Shown piece by piece: positions 1-13,139 of a stretch of 64,000 bases of DNA (positions within the stretch are counted from its first letter, which is position 1; the number at the start of each line of letters is the position of its first letter). Source of the stretch: Dictyostelium discoideum (taxonomy: Eukaryota). Under the pieces are notes generated by a model, which saw only the letters and a program-made list of their open reading frames with translations, made no database searches and was not told the DNA's origin. The stretch is taken from the NCBI GenBank assembly GCA_000004695.1, contig CM000151.3, positions 6,624,001 to 6,688,000 of the forward strand, written 5' to 3'. The position numbers and the translations under genes are program-made.

Positions 1-615
1 AAAAAAAACAGTGTGGGCAAGTTTTTTCAATAATGAAATTATTTATAGAATTTTGAAAAAACAAATTTGGCACTCTTAATAAACAAAAAAAAAAAAAATA
101 AAAAAAAAAAAATTGATTAATTTTGACCACACAGAATCAATAATTATAAATTACCTTTTTGTTTTTGAGATTGAGAAATTTCTTTTAATTCAAAAAAAAA
201 AAAAAAAAAAATGAATAAAAAAAATAAAAAACCAGTATTCTGCGATTTTAGTTTTAATTAATGATTGTGATTTTGGTGATTAATATAAACTATAAAATTA
301 TAAATTTACAATTATTTAATTGGGTGGATATGATTGTGTGTTGTTTATATATCTAATAATTTATAAAATATGTAGATATATGATGGATAATTAGAAAATG
401 GTAGTGTGGCAACAAACTATAATTTACAATTAAAAAAATAAAAAAAATAAAAAAAAAAAAAATAGTAAAATGGAGTAATATAAAAAAAAAAAAAAAAAAA
501 AAAATTAAATAAAATTAAGATATCTAATGTACAATTTAATGTTTTTAGAGAATAGTGAAATAAGTGAGAATTTGTGTTATTGCATATGGTGTGTGGTTTT
601 TTTTTTATTTTTTTT

Positions 616-650
<35 letters not shown>

Positions 651-685
651 TTTTTTTATTTTTATTTTTATTTTTATTAATAAAA

Positions 686-726
<41 letters not shown>

Positions 727-1324
727 AAATATCCAAAAACCCTTTTCCAAAAATTTTTATCGCTTTTACAAAACAATTCTCTGAAAAAAAAAAAAATAAA
801 AAAAAAAATAAAAAAAAATGAAAAATAAAAAAAAAAAAAAAGGTGAAAATATTTCGCTATCAAATGAGATTGGTTTCCAAACGAGTGGGTTTTTTTGATT
901 GTCGATTGTATGAAAAATATTCAAACAAAATATATAAATAATTTTTTAAAAAGATTTGTTTGCAGTTTAATTATTTGTTGGTTGGGTGGTGAAATTATTA
1001 TTATTATTTTTTATTATTTTTTTTTTTTTATTGGGTTTCCAAAAGGTTGATTTGGATTAAAACTTACTGATTGTATAATCGATTTGAATTTAATATTTTT
1101 TATTATTTTTTTTTATTAATTTTATTAAAAAATTTAATAAAATGTTGATTGATTAGATATTAAAGTTTCAAAGATTTTTTTTTTGTTGAAATATTATTGG
1201 TGAAAAAAATAATTAATGTTGAAAAATGGCTTTCTTTAATTAAAAAAACTATTTGATTGCTTTCTATAAATTTTTTATAGTTTGTATTGTATAATGAATG
1301 ATTATTATTAAAATGAAATTGAGG

Positions 1325-1364
<40 letters not shown>

Positions 1365-1387
1365 AAAAAGAAAAAAAAGAAAAAGAG

Positions 1388-1424
<37 letters not shown>

Positions 1425-2696
1425 TTTCGAATGTTTGACTTTGGACACATTTTTTTTATTAATATCTCTATAAAAGTGAAAGCCGTGGTTTATAATAATG
1501 AGTTTCTTTTTTTTTGATTGGTGGTCTAATTTTAACCACATTTAAAAATTGTCTCAAGTTTGTTATTTTATTTTTTTTTAATTTTTTTTTTTTTTTTTTT
1601 TTAACAATTTAAATCAATCGTGTTTCTACCAAAAATAGCCACCAGTTCATTTATAACAAAATCACTTCGGGTTTTTTCAATTGATTTTTTTTTTTAATTT
1701 TATTTATTTTAAATTATTTTTAATGATTTTTTTTTTTTTTGTGTCCTTCAACATTTTGAAAGCGGCGAAAGAGCGATAAACGTCACAAATTCTCAGAACA
1801 ATGCAAATTCAAAATTGGTGGATGTTTATTTTAATTTTTTTTTATTTTTTTTCTTTTTTTTTTATTTTTTTATTTTTTATTTTTTTTTGTGTTAGTAAAT
1901 GAAGAGAGTAAATTCAAATAAAATAAAATAGTTAAAATTAAAAGAAAAAAAAAAAAAAAAAATATTTACTTTTTTTTTTTTTTTGCTCTCTTACCAAAAA
2001 AACCTAGCAAAACAATAAAAAAAAAAAAAAAAAAATTAAAATGACCCAAATAAAATAATTGATTGTGTTTAAATTTTTCTTTTTTTTATTGTTTATTAAA
2101 ATTTCTCAATATAGAGTTATTAAATTCATGATGAAATTAACAATATAACTACTTCCATGAAATTAAATGAATTCGTAATACAGCTATTAAACCAGATTAT
2201 AGTTGTAATTTTACAGGTTCATTATCAATTGCTCTAAAAATAAATCAAGATTTGTTTTACTATTTCCATCATCAGATGTTTTGAGTTAAAATATTTCCAA
2301 AATTGTATCCTTTTTTAAATCACTAATGAAGATAGTTTTACCAATGCACTAACAACATGGCCATTAAATTAAATCCAATGTATAAAATGAGAAGGTGAAA
2401 AATAAAATTTATAATAGATATGATAATTTTTTTTTGTAAAAAAATCTTGATCTATTTTTTTTTTTTCCACAAAAATTTATACCAAAAAAGGTTTTTTATT
2501 TATTTGTGACATATTTTTTTATACAAACCTTAAAAAAAAATGAAAAAAAATATATTTTTCATTTTTTTTTTTTTTTTTTTTAACAACAATTTAATTATAT
2601 TTTTATTATGAATTTAGTATAGATAAATAGGACGCTCAAAAATATAAAAAATGAAATAAAAAATAAAAAAAATGTAATAAAATGATTAAAAATTCT

Positions 2697-2737
<41 letters not shown>

Positions 2738-3740
2738 GAAAATTTAATTATTTATCATTAATTTTTTATAAATGTATTTTTTTATTTGAAGAAAAATTGG
2801 AGGGAATATTCTTTAAATAAAAAAAATAGATACTAAAAAAAATAAAATTGATTTTATTGGATTGCCATGTGTAAGGCTTCGGTGTTTTATTAATATTTGT
2901 TCATTAGAAAAAAAAATAAATAAAAATATAAATAAAAATAAAAAAAAATTTTAAATTCTCCTGTTTAATTACAATAAATAATCCATTCTTCTATATTAAT
3001 TTTATTATTAAAAAAAAAAAAAAAAAAATAAAATAAAAACTAAAATTATAAAATTTAATTTAAGTTAAAAAATCAATATCGCTTTTTGTTTTTATAAAAA
3101 AATTAAAATTTTAAAATATATTTTTTTTAAAAAAAAAGAAAGTAAAACGAAAAGTAGAACTAATTTTAAAAATAAAAAAAAAAAATTATAAATTTTTAAA
3201 ATAAAATATCTTATTTATTTAAGTTGCCACATCATATTTTTTATAAAAAAAAATAAAAAAATAAAAAAACTAAAACAATCATCTTTCAAATTCTAAAAAG
3301 AATAGTGTGACATCACAGAAAAAAAAAAAAATTAAAAAAACTAAAAAAAAACTCTCGAACCAGAAGATGAATTCGTAAAATTAAAATATCTTTAATGATT
3401 TTTTTTTCATATGAAAATAATTTTAAAGGAATTATTTTTTTTTTTTTTTTTTTTTTTTTATTGGCCTTTAATAATTTGAATTAAAAAAATAAAAAAAAAA
3501 ATTCCAAAAAAATAAATTCTAAAAAAAATCTAAAAACTATTAATCATTATAAAAAATCAAGATATTTAGAAAAAAAAATTAAAAAAAAAACTATTTTTTT
3601 TTTTTTTTTTTTTTTTCGTCCATTGATATAAAAAACAATTCATTCTGTTTAAACATAAATTAGCTATTTAAAAAATAAATAAAATTTTAAAACAAATATA
3701 TATATAATAAATAAAAACAAAAAAAAAAAAAAAAAAAAAA

Positions 3741-4430
3741 ATGAAATTATTATTAACATTAATTTTAATAATTGTAAATTATTGTTGTTTCATAAATGCA
3801 AATAAATTATTTGTAAATTTTGTTGGATCATATAGTTCAAATACATGCGATGGTAATCCAAGTGGAATTGGTTTTTCTTTAGCTGTTGGCCAATGTCTTC
3901 CAATTGAAGGTGTTTTATCATATGTTATAAACGATATGCCACCAACTACCAATTGGTTCATTACAATGGGCGGCAATGGCAATAGTTTCACACTCAAGCA
4001 ATATGATAGCCAAGATCAATGGTGCAAACAAGACCCAATCAATACACTCCAATTCGATAATTTCGATACTTGCGTAGAACAACCAGCTTTCATCAATGTT
4101 AATAATTCTCTTCTTGCCGATACCCCTGTTGTTTATTCCAAATTAACTCTCTCCCAAAATGTTCCAACCTACGCTCCAGACTCTGTGATCATTGGTCAAT
4201 ACAATACAAATACTAATGTTTGTACCTACAATGATCAACAATTCGGTGTCTCTTACACCTCTGGTACTGTCATCTATAATGAAAATGGTATTTCAATTCA
4301 TGTCTTATGTAATCAAGTTAATCAATCAATGATGTTCAAATGTAAAGAAAGTAAATGCGGTGAAACCTTTATTGACACTTATTGTCAAATGTCTGGTGAT
4401 GTTCAAATTTATTGTAACTCAAATAATTAA
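3741..4430 (+). CDS. Secreted Cys-rich protein (229 aa), tandem paralog 1; possibly ponticulin-like family
   Basis: Intact ORF with an N-terminal hydrophobic signal peptide (MKLLLTLILIIVNYCCFINA) and spaced cysteines with repeated 'sYs..tC' / 'iGQYNTNTNVC' modules. About 60% identical to the next gene. The ponticulin-like assignment is from memory only. Confidence 0.7.
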   Translation: MKLLLTLILIIVNYCCFINANKLFVNFVGSYSSNTCDGNPSGIGFSLAVGQCLPIEGVLSYVINDMPPTTNWFITMGGNGNSFTLKQYDSQDQWCKQDPINTLQFDNFDTCVEQPAFINVNNSLLADTPVVYSKLTLSQNVPTYAPDSVIIGQYNTNTNVCTYNDQQFGVSYTSGTVIYNENGISIHVLCNQVNQSMMFKCKESKCGETFIDTYCQMSGDVQIYCNSNN

Positions 4431-4658
4431 AAATAAAAATAAAAATAAAAATATAAATAAAAATAAAAAATTAAACTACAATTTTTTTTATTTTATTATT
4501 TTGTTAACACTATTTAAAATTTAATATATTTTAATTAATCATTTATTAAAATCCATTTCTGAATTATTTTTATTTTATTTTATTTTTTTTTTTTTTATTT
4601 TTTTGTTTTTTTTTTCCCATTAACCATTTTTATTTTTTTCATAAAAAAAAAATATCTG

Positions 4659-4692
<34 letters not shown>

Positions 4693-4907
4693 GAAAAAAA
4701 AAGCAGATTCTAAAAATCAACTTTGGAATGAAAATATCTTGATTCTGGGGTGATGATAAAAGTCTATAGATTTTTATTTTTTTTTTTTAAAAATTGAAAA
4801 AATTAAAATTAAAAAAATAAAAATTAAAAAAATTATTCGTGTTTATTAAAGTTGATACATCATCATCATTTCATACTTTTTTTTTTAACATTAACAAATA
4901 ATTAAAA

Positions 4908-4909
4908 AA

Positions 4910-4988
<79 letters not shown>

Positions 4989-4990
4989 AT
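4908..4990. repeat. (AAAT)n microsatellite, about 20 units
   Basis: Direct read: aaataaataaat... immediately upstream of the second paralog's ATG. Similar tracts occur at 6388-6430 and 41950-42005. Confidence 0.95.
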
Positions 4991-4997
4991 TAAAAAA

Positions 4998-5375
4998 ATG
5001 AAATTATTATTTGGATTAATATTATTAATTGTAAATTATTGTTATTTAATTAATGCAAATAAATTATTTGTAAATTTTGTTGGAACTTATAATTCTGAAT
5101 CTTGTAGTGAAAGTCCAATTGGAACTGGTTTCTCTATGGCTCTTGGGCAATGTGTTCAAATGCAAGGTATTTTTTCTTATGTCACTAGTAGTTCACCAGA
5201 GGCAACAATTTGGATGGCAACATTGGGTGGTGATGGTAATAGCTTTACATTAAAACAATTCCATAGCTCTGATAAACTTTGTACTGAAGATCCAATAAAT
5301 ACTGTTAAATATAATAAATTTGATACTTGTGTTCAACAACCATCCTTCTTAACTTCAAATAATTCTCTCTTGGCC

Positions 5376-5435
<60 letters not shown>

Positions 5436-5732
5436 CTAGTTTATTCCAAATTAACTTTATCCCAAAATGCTCCTTCCTATGCCCCAAATTCTGTAATAAT
5501 TGCTCGTTACAATTCAAGTGATTCCGTTTGTAATTATAATAATCAAAACTATGGTATTTCTTATTCCACAGGTTCTGTAATCTATAATGAAAATGGTGTT
5601 TCTGTCTATGTTGTATGCGATCAATCAAACCAATCAATACTTTTCCACTGCCAAAATGATCAATGTGTTCAATCATTTACTGATACTTCTTGTGACATGC
5701 CACCAAATGACTTACAAATTTATTGTAACTAA
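4998..5732 (+). CDS. Secreted Cys-rich protein (244 aa), tandem paralog 2, with an internal poly-Asn (N20) insertion
   Basis: Intact ORF with a signal peptide (MKLLFGLILLIVNYCYLINA). It is collinear with 3741..4430 except for an (AAT)n-encoded N20 tract at 5386-5445. Confidence 0.7.
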
Positions 5733-5786
5733 TTATTAAATTAAAATAATAAAATAATAAAATAATAAAATAAAATAAAAAGTTGC

Positions 5787-5824
<38 letters not shown>

Positions 5825-6366
5825 TTATTTTTTTTTTTTTTTCCATTTATTATTATTTATTTTAATTTATTATTGTTGGAATATTTTTTAAATAAGTTTT
5901 GGTTTAATTGATAGATTGATTGATAGATCATATCTTTTTTAGTTTTTTATTTTTTTTTTTTTTTTTGTGACGCAAAGTTTGCCAACCAGAGTACTCACAA
6001 AATTTTCATTGAAAATAAATAAAATAAAAAAATAAAATTAAAAAAAAAATAAAATTAAAAAAAAAAAAATAAAAAAATTTTAAAAAATAAAAGAAAAAAA
6101 AAAAAAAACTTTATTAATTCAATTTAAAAAAAAATACTAATTTTCAATCAAATATTATTTCATTGTGTGTTTTATTTTTTAAAGGTTAGTAATAATTATT
6201 ATTATATAAATACAAGTTTATTATATATCTATTTCTTTATCGTGAATATTCATACAAGCACACACTCACACTTTTATAATATTGTGGTACAATATTGCAT
6301 TATTATATTTATTATTTTGATACAACACCACACTAAATATACTACAAAAATTTTTTTTTGGGAAGG

Positions 6367-6445
<79 letters not shown>

Positions 6446-6548
6446 ACAATAATAATAATAGTGTAACTGTATTTTATGTATATATAATTTTTAAATTATA
6501 AATAAAAAAAATAAAAAATAATAAAAAACAAAAAAAATAAATAAATAG

Positions 6549-6596
<48 letters not shown>

Positions 6597-6771
6597 AAAT
6601 TTCAAATTCTTACCCCTTTTATTTTTTTTATTTTTTCATAATATAAACCCACACAAAAATAAATAAATAAATAGATAAAAACAAATAATAATACTACTGT
6701 ATTTTTTTATTTTTTATTTTTTTATTTTTTTTATTTTTTTATTTTTTTTTTTTAAAATTTAATTTTTTTTT

Positions 6772-6805
<34 letters not shown>

Positions 6806-7151
6806 CCCAAAAATTCAAAAACTCAACTTAAACCCAAATCCATACTAAAATTATTATTACCCTATCCTTTCATTTAGACTATAATAGAATAATTTTAAAC
6901 ACCTAAAAATAAATAAATAGCTTATAAAAAAAATAATAAAAATAAATAGTTACCAACTAAATAAATAATAATTAAAAATTATAGTTAAAAATACCTTTTT
7001 AACAAATATCCAATATTTAAAAAAAAAATAAAAAAAAAAAAAAAATAATAATAAATAATAAAAAAAAATAAATAAATAATAATAATAATAATAAAATAAT
7101 AATAATAGCAACAATAAATAAAATAAAATAAAATAAAATAAAAAAAAAAGA

Positions 7152-8139
7152 ATGGAATCATATTCACCATCAATTCAAAAACTATGTGTTTTCTTAAAAC
7201 CAGAATCAGATATTTCAAACACTGGTATTTCATACTTAAATAATTTCCTCGCTGATATGAGCAATGCCATCATTGTTGAATCAATTCATAGTTCAAAATC
7301 ACATAAACACAAGACAATTCTAATTGAAGACATTGAATCAGCACTCAATGTTGTTTTCCCATCTGAAATTGCAGACTCAATTATTAATCAATCAAAAGGT
7401 CGTATTCAAAGTACTTCTTTAAAGAATTTAATGCAAGTTAAAACTTTTAATAATGGTGGTAATAATAATAATAATAATGAACAAGATAATGATCTACAAG
7501 AAAAAGAACAAAATGAATTATCAGATGATTCAGATGTTGAAGGATTTGAAATTATACCAAATAATAACAATATCTACTCACATGACGTTAGTCTTTGTTT
7601 TCCAATTGATTTGGTGTGTCGTGTAACATTGGATTACATTTGTAGAAAGAAGGTAATCCACCAGAATCCATCCGATTTCTACAAGGTGATAGAACAACAA
7701 CAATCGAATCACGTTATCTATACCTACATCTCTTATGCATTGGAGGTTATCACCACCAAGATTTTAATTAAAATTTCTTCATCCACAGACTTGATCGATG
7801 AAGATATCATCCGAAAAGTCATTCAAGATAATCATCATTTAAATTCAGTTCGTCATAAAAATATTCAAGCTTCAAATATTGCTGGTAAATTGTTAGATTC
7901 TTCTTCCTCTTCAAATTCTAATTTACAAACTTCCTTATCTTCTTCTTTTATTTTCTCTTCAAGTAGTAATAATACTACTACTTTTACACAACAAGAACAA
8001 CAAGAACAATTCAACGACGATAAAATTAGTGGTGATGAAATTGAATTTGAAATTAATAATAGTAAATATTTGGAAAAAGAGGATAAAAAAGATCAATTAA
8101 TTCAAAAAGATGAAGAAATTATTTTAAAAACTTTTAATG

Positions 8140-8208
<69 letters not shown>

Positions 8209-8576
8209 TTAATATTAATAACGATAATGATAATAATAATAATAATAATAAAAATAATGATAATAAAAATTATGATAATAATAATAATAATAATGCCGAT
8301 AAAATAGAAAAACTATCACCTGTAAATAATAATGTAAAAAATAGCGAAATTGAAAAAAATATAGAAAAATTAAAAAATATAAATAATAATAATAATGTTG
8401 AAATTAATGAAGCTTTAATTTCAATCATTAAAGAAACTTGTAAAAATATTCCTTCTTCATCATTTTCTTCTGTAAAAAACTTGAAACGTTCACCACCATC
8501 TTTATTTAAATTCAAAGAGCCAATCGATTTGGTTCAAGTTTTAGCTGAAGGAGGTATACATATGGAAGCAACGTGA
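7152..8576 (+). CDS. Histone H2B-fold protein (H2B variant-like) with a roughly 380-aa low-complexity C-terminal extension
   Basis: The N-terminal 95 aa align with the H2B globular core (ESYS...DTGIS...NFLADM...KHKTILIEDIESALNVVFP.EIA...SKG, versus H2B [78 protein letters not shown]). The remainder is Asn/Ser-rich. A GTGAGT at 8573 followed by ...caaacag at 8720 could add a short 3' exon; this is not resolved. Confidence 0.6.
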
Positions 8577-8607
<31 letters not shown>

Positions 8608-8973
8608 ATTATTATTTTAATTTTTTTAATTAAAAAAATAATTAATATCCCTCAATTTTTAATTACACTTTCTAACATACAATTTTTTTTTTTTTTTATT
8701 TTAATTTTTTATTCAAACAGGAATGGAATGTTTTTAGTTTTATTAGTATTAATGGGTTTTGTTATCCAACATGTCACACATACTCAACAAGTTTGTTGAT
8801 CAATTAATTTATCACTTTTCAATTTTTTATTTTGATCATCAAAAAAAATCTCATTTTATTCTATATTTACCATTTTTAATCTTTTCTTTTTTTTATTTAT
8901 TTCCTTTTTTTTTTTATCACAAAAAAAAAAAAAAAAAGAAAAAAAAAAAAAATAAAAAAAATAAAATCAAATA

Positions 8974-9006
<33 letters not shown>

Positions 9007-9146
9007 AACAAAAAGAAAAAAAACTTTTTGATTTTCAATTAATATAACATTTTTAAGACAAAAAAAATTCTTGGTTTATTTATTTTTTTTTTTTTGGATA
9101 ATTATAAATAAATAAAAAATCTAATTTCCAAAATTTATTTTTTTTT

Positions 9147-9184
<38 letters not shown>

Positions 9185-9195
9185 TTTAATTTTTT

Positions 9196-9251
<56 letters not shown>

Positions 9252-9634
9252 CTTTCTTCTTCCTACATCTATCCAATTAAACGAGTGGAAGTGAAAAATT
9301 TATAAAAAGAGAAAAGTAAAAGGATAGTGAAATAGGGATTTAGAAATTAATTTTTATAATTTTATTTAATTTTATTTTCTCAATTAAACAGAACAAAATA
9401 AAAAAAAAAAAAAAAAAAAAAAAAGTAAAGGTAATGTGATATATAAAACACCCACCACACTAAAAATAAAAAAAACAATTGTTTCAGTTTTTACATGTTT
9501 TTTTTTTTTTTCACACAGATCCAAATTTTTTTTTTTATTCATTGTTTTATTTTATAACATATTGTTGCAACACTGTTGTTTTTGTTTTTGTTTTTTTAAA
9601 TTATAAAAAATTAATACAATAAAAAAAAAAATTA

Positions 9635-10042
9635 ATGATGGAAATTGATAAGAATGTTGAACAATCATCTAATAAAGTTGAATATAATCAACCAAAATCA
9701 CCAATAACTTCAATTTTAGTAAACAACAATAGTAGTAATAATAATAATAATAGTAATAATAAAAATAATAACAATGAGGAAGAATTTGACATATCATCAC
9801 CATTAACATTATCACCAATTGCTAATTGTGGGGCAAGTGGTAGTAATATTGATTCATCAATTGATAATACACCTCACCTATTATCACAAATATCCACTCC
9901 ACCAATATCATCAACTTCATCTATTACATTATTAAATGATAAAAAAAAAGGAATCTATTCAACTTTTTTAGATTTAGATTATTATAATAATACTTATTTA
10001 AAAAATAAACAAAAAATATTACAACCAAAATTAAATCAACAA

Positions 10043-10073
<31 letters not shown>

Positions 10074-10187
10074 CTAAAACATTAACATTTTCATTAGATT
10101 CACAACAACAGCAACAACAACAACCACAACTCCAATCACCTCAATTAATAGATCAACAACAACAACAACAACAACAACAGCAACAGC

Positions 10188-10219
<32 letters not shown>

Positions 10220-10907
10220 ATACCATATCATCAAAGAAAACATCATATATCAATTAGAGATGGTGATGATAATGATAATGAAGTAGATTCATTTAATATT
10301 TTAAGTCAAAATCAATTAATTCATCAAACATTTAATAATCCACAAAATCATCATTACTTTTCATCAACATCACCATCTTTATTGTATCACCACCAACAAC
10401 AAACACAATTAGAACAAAAACCAATTTATTCATCTTCATCTTCATCATCAATTTTATCATCACTATCATCATCAACAATTTCATTTTATAATTCTATTAC
10501 ATCATTATTTCTAACGTTTCCACAAACTATTAGTACAGATCCAATTATAATTAGAGAATACGAAAGATTAAAAATGTTACAAGAACAACAGGTAGGACCA
10601 AGACATACAGAGATTTTATTAAGAAAAGAGGATGGAGTTGGAGGAAGAAAAGCATTGAAAGAAAAGTTTGTTGAAATCTATGAATCCTTTTTCAATGGTG
10701 AAGATCCATCAGAGAACCAACCAATTTTTTGGGAACAATTATTTTTAATTAAAGTTAATATTCCATTCCTTGAAAGATGTATAATCCTAACATCTGAAGA
10801 GAATTTATTAGCTTTAAAACAAAATATTAATAAAATTTTCACTCAATCTTGTTTTTGGTTAAAAGATTCAAATTCTTTAAGATTAACTCATATTATTGAA
10901 GTAAGTA

Positions 10908-10942
<35 letters not shown>

Positions 10943-12269
10943 ATCATTATTATTAATAATATATTTTATATTTTTTATTTTATTTTATTTTAATTTAGAC
11001 ATTAAGTATATTATTAAAAAGTATATTTAGAAAGAAATTTAATAATTTTGGATTTGATATTTTAAATATTTTATGTGGTATAGAGAATTCAGATCAAGTT
11101 TTTACAGATATGATAAAAGATTTAGAACAATTATTAAAGAATTCAAGTATTGATAAAAAGGTTAAAATTGGTGTTATCAATTTATTTACAATCATTGCAA
11201 CAGCAACAGAATATATTAATCAAAATACACTCTTACAATACTTTATGTCTGTAAATATCTTTGATACATTGGTTACATTCTTGGGTGAAGATGATATTCC
11301 AAAACAAACTCAATTAAATATTCTCACTTTACTTTGTTACTTTTCAAACTTTCAAAAATATGAAATTACAAATCCATATTTAAAAGATTTATCAAATTTA
11401 TCTGATCCAATTAAAGTAAATTTAATAATTTAATAATTTAATAACTTAATTTTATATTTTATTATTAACATTTTTTTTTTTTTTTTTTCATATAATTTTA
11501 GATATTAAAAATTTTAAATTTAATAACACAAAATTTAAAAGATCATAATGAATTTTTTGAACAACAATATAGAGATCCAAATTTAGGTATGGTATCAAGA
11601 TTTAGTGGATATTTAAGTAGTTGGGTTTATTCACCTAAAGTAGTACAACCATTATCATTCTATGAAACTGGATCAAGTTTAATGATATTGTATGAATTAT
11701 TCTATCAAAATGATCATTTTGTAAACATGTTGGTAAAAGGTGGATTACCATTTGCAAATGGTGGTGAAAATGGTTCAACATGTCCAGATATCATTAAACA
11801 ATTCTTTAGTTTTTGTGCTTATTTAGCATCGGATGCTCAAAAGGATTTGAAAACCATTTACTCTAGAATGGCATTGTTAATATTACTTTGCATTTGTGAA
11901 AAGAGAGAATTGGAAGATTTCTTTCATGATATTAAATCAACTTGTTATATCTTTATCTACTCAAAGAAATCATTGTTCTCAGATCCAAAGGAAACTGAAA
12001 AACATCCTTTATCATGTTGGACATTGGATATTTTATCTCAATTCATCAAATGTAATCTCAAAGGTAAAATCTCAATGGATGTTCATCAAAGTGCTGTAGA
12101 TTGTATTCATCGTATAGTATCTTATAAAAAGAAAACTTTAAATCGTTTACCTTATAAATGGAGTGAACTTTGGAGTGCTTTATTCTCTTTAATTTCAATG
12201 GTTTCAACTTTAAATATTTCAAATGATAAAATTCAATTAAATCAATCAATTCATGTTGGTATAAGTGTA

Positions 12270-12323
<54 letters not shown>

Positions 12324-12947
12324 CTTCTCTAAAAATAATATTTTATTAACTTTTTTTTTTTTTTTTCACTTTTCCCCAAGACTGTTAATATTTTTAATCT
12401 TTTTATAAATTATGGTGATTCATTTTTACCAAGTCCAAATGATTATGATGAATTATTTTATGAAATTATTCGTTCTGGTCAAGTTATTGAAAATTTTTAT
12501 CAATTTATTTTAAACCAAACAACAACTGGAGGTCAAAGTGTTACATCTCCATCAGCAGCAGCATCAGCATCTAATCCAACAACACCAACTCCATTATCAC
12601 CTCAACAATTACCAACTATTACTACTACTACTACTACCATCACTTCTAATAATGAATCAAATAATCCATTATTAAATCAATTATTAAATATAAGATCAAT
12701 CGTTCAACACTTTACAAGTAAACTTGAAGAGTGGTCAGCAAATAATGCAGAGGTTGCTTTAACTGCACCACAAGTTTCAAAAATCATTAAAGATAATTAT
12801 GATACACTCAGACTTAAACTTCAAGAGAATTTAGATCAATTTGAACCATATGTTGAAAATCCAAAAGAAGTTTTATTCTTTAAACATATTATTAAAGAAT
12901 TAATTAATGATTTAAGGAAACAAATTAATGTTACTAATATAATTTAA
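9635..12947 (+). CDS. 4-exon gene encoding a roughly 1004-aa protein: N-terminal poly-Q/poly-N region plus a conserved helical (armadillo-like?) C-terminal region; function unknown
   Basis: Exons inferred by eye: 9635..10900 (donor GTAAGT), 10999..11415 (acceptor tttag; donor GTAAAT), 11502..12266 (acceptor ttttag; donor GTAAGT), 12381..12947 (acceptor ccccaag; stop TAA). This joins three track ORFs and an unlisted 3' exon into one frame-consistent reading frame. Introns are AT-rich with poly-T. Confidence 0.6.
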
Positions 12948-12966
12948 AAAAAAAAAAAAAAAAAAA

Positions 12967-12999
<33 letters not shown>

Positions 13000-13139
13000 A
13001 AAAATAAATAAATAAATAGATATTCTAAATAAATAAATAAATATTATAAATAAATATAATTTTTTTAAAAAAAAAATATTAAATTTAAAAGTTTACCTTT
13101 TTTTTTTATTAAACAAATATTTAATTATATAATTAATTA

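Noticed and set aside
417-863. Track ORFs 417..863(-), 527..721(+), 574..828(+), 1160..1541(-) encoding poly-K/poly-F peptides
   Set aside because: These are translations of poly-A/poly-T tracts in intergenic DNA. They have no start context, no complexity and no composition shift. The 1-3700 region shows no supported gene.
2866-2890. Short GC-containing motif gccatgtgtaaggcttcggtgtttta in the AT desert
   Set aside because: Too short to assign. No flanking tRNA or ncRNA architecture (no A/B boxes and no stable extended stem).
3779-3997. Antisense ORF inside the secreted-protein gene (72 aa)
   Set aside because: Fully overlapped by a better-supported sense CDS. It has no features of its own.
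5305-5676. Antisense ORF with a poly-Y run (123 aa)
   Set aside because: Reverse-frame reading of the (AAT)n poly-N tract of the 4998..5732 gene.
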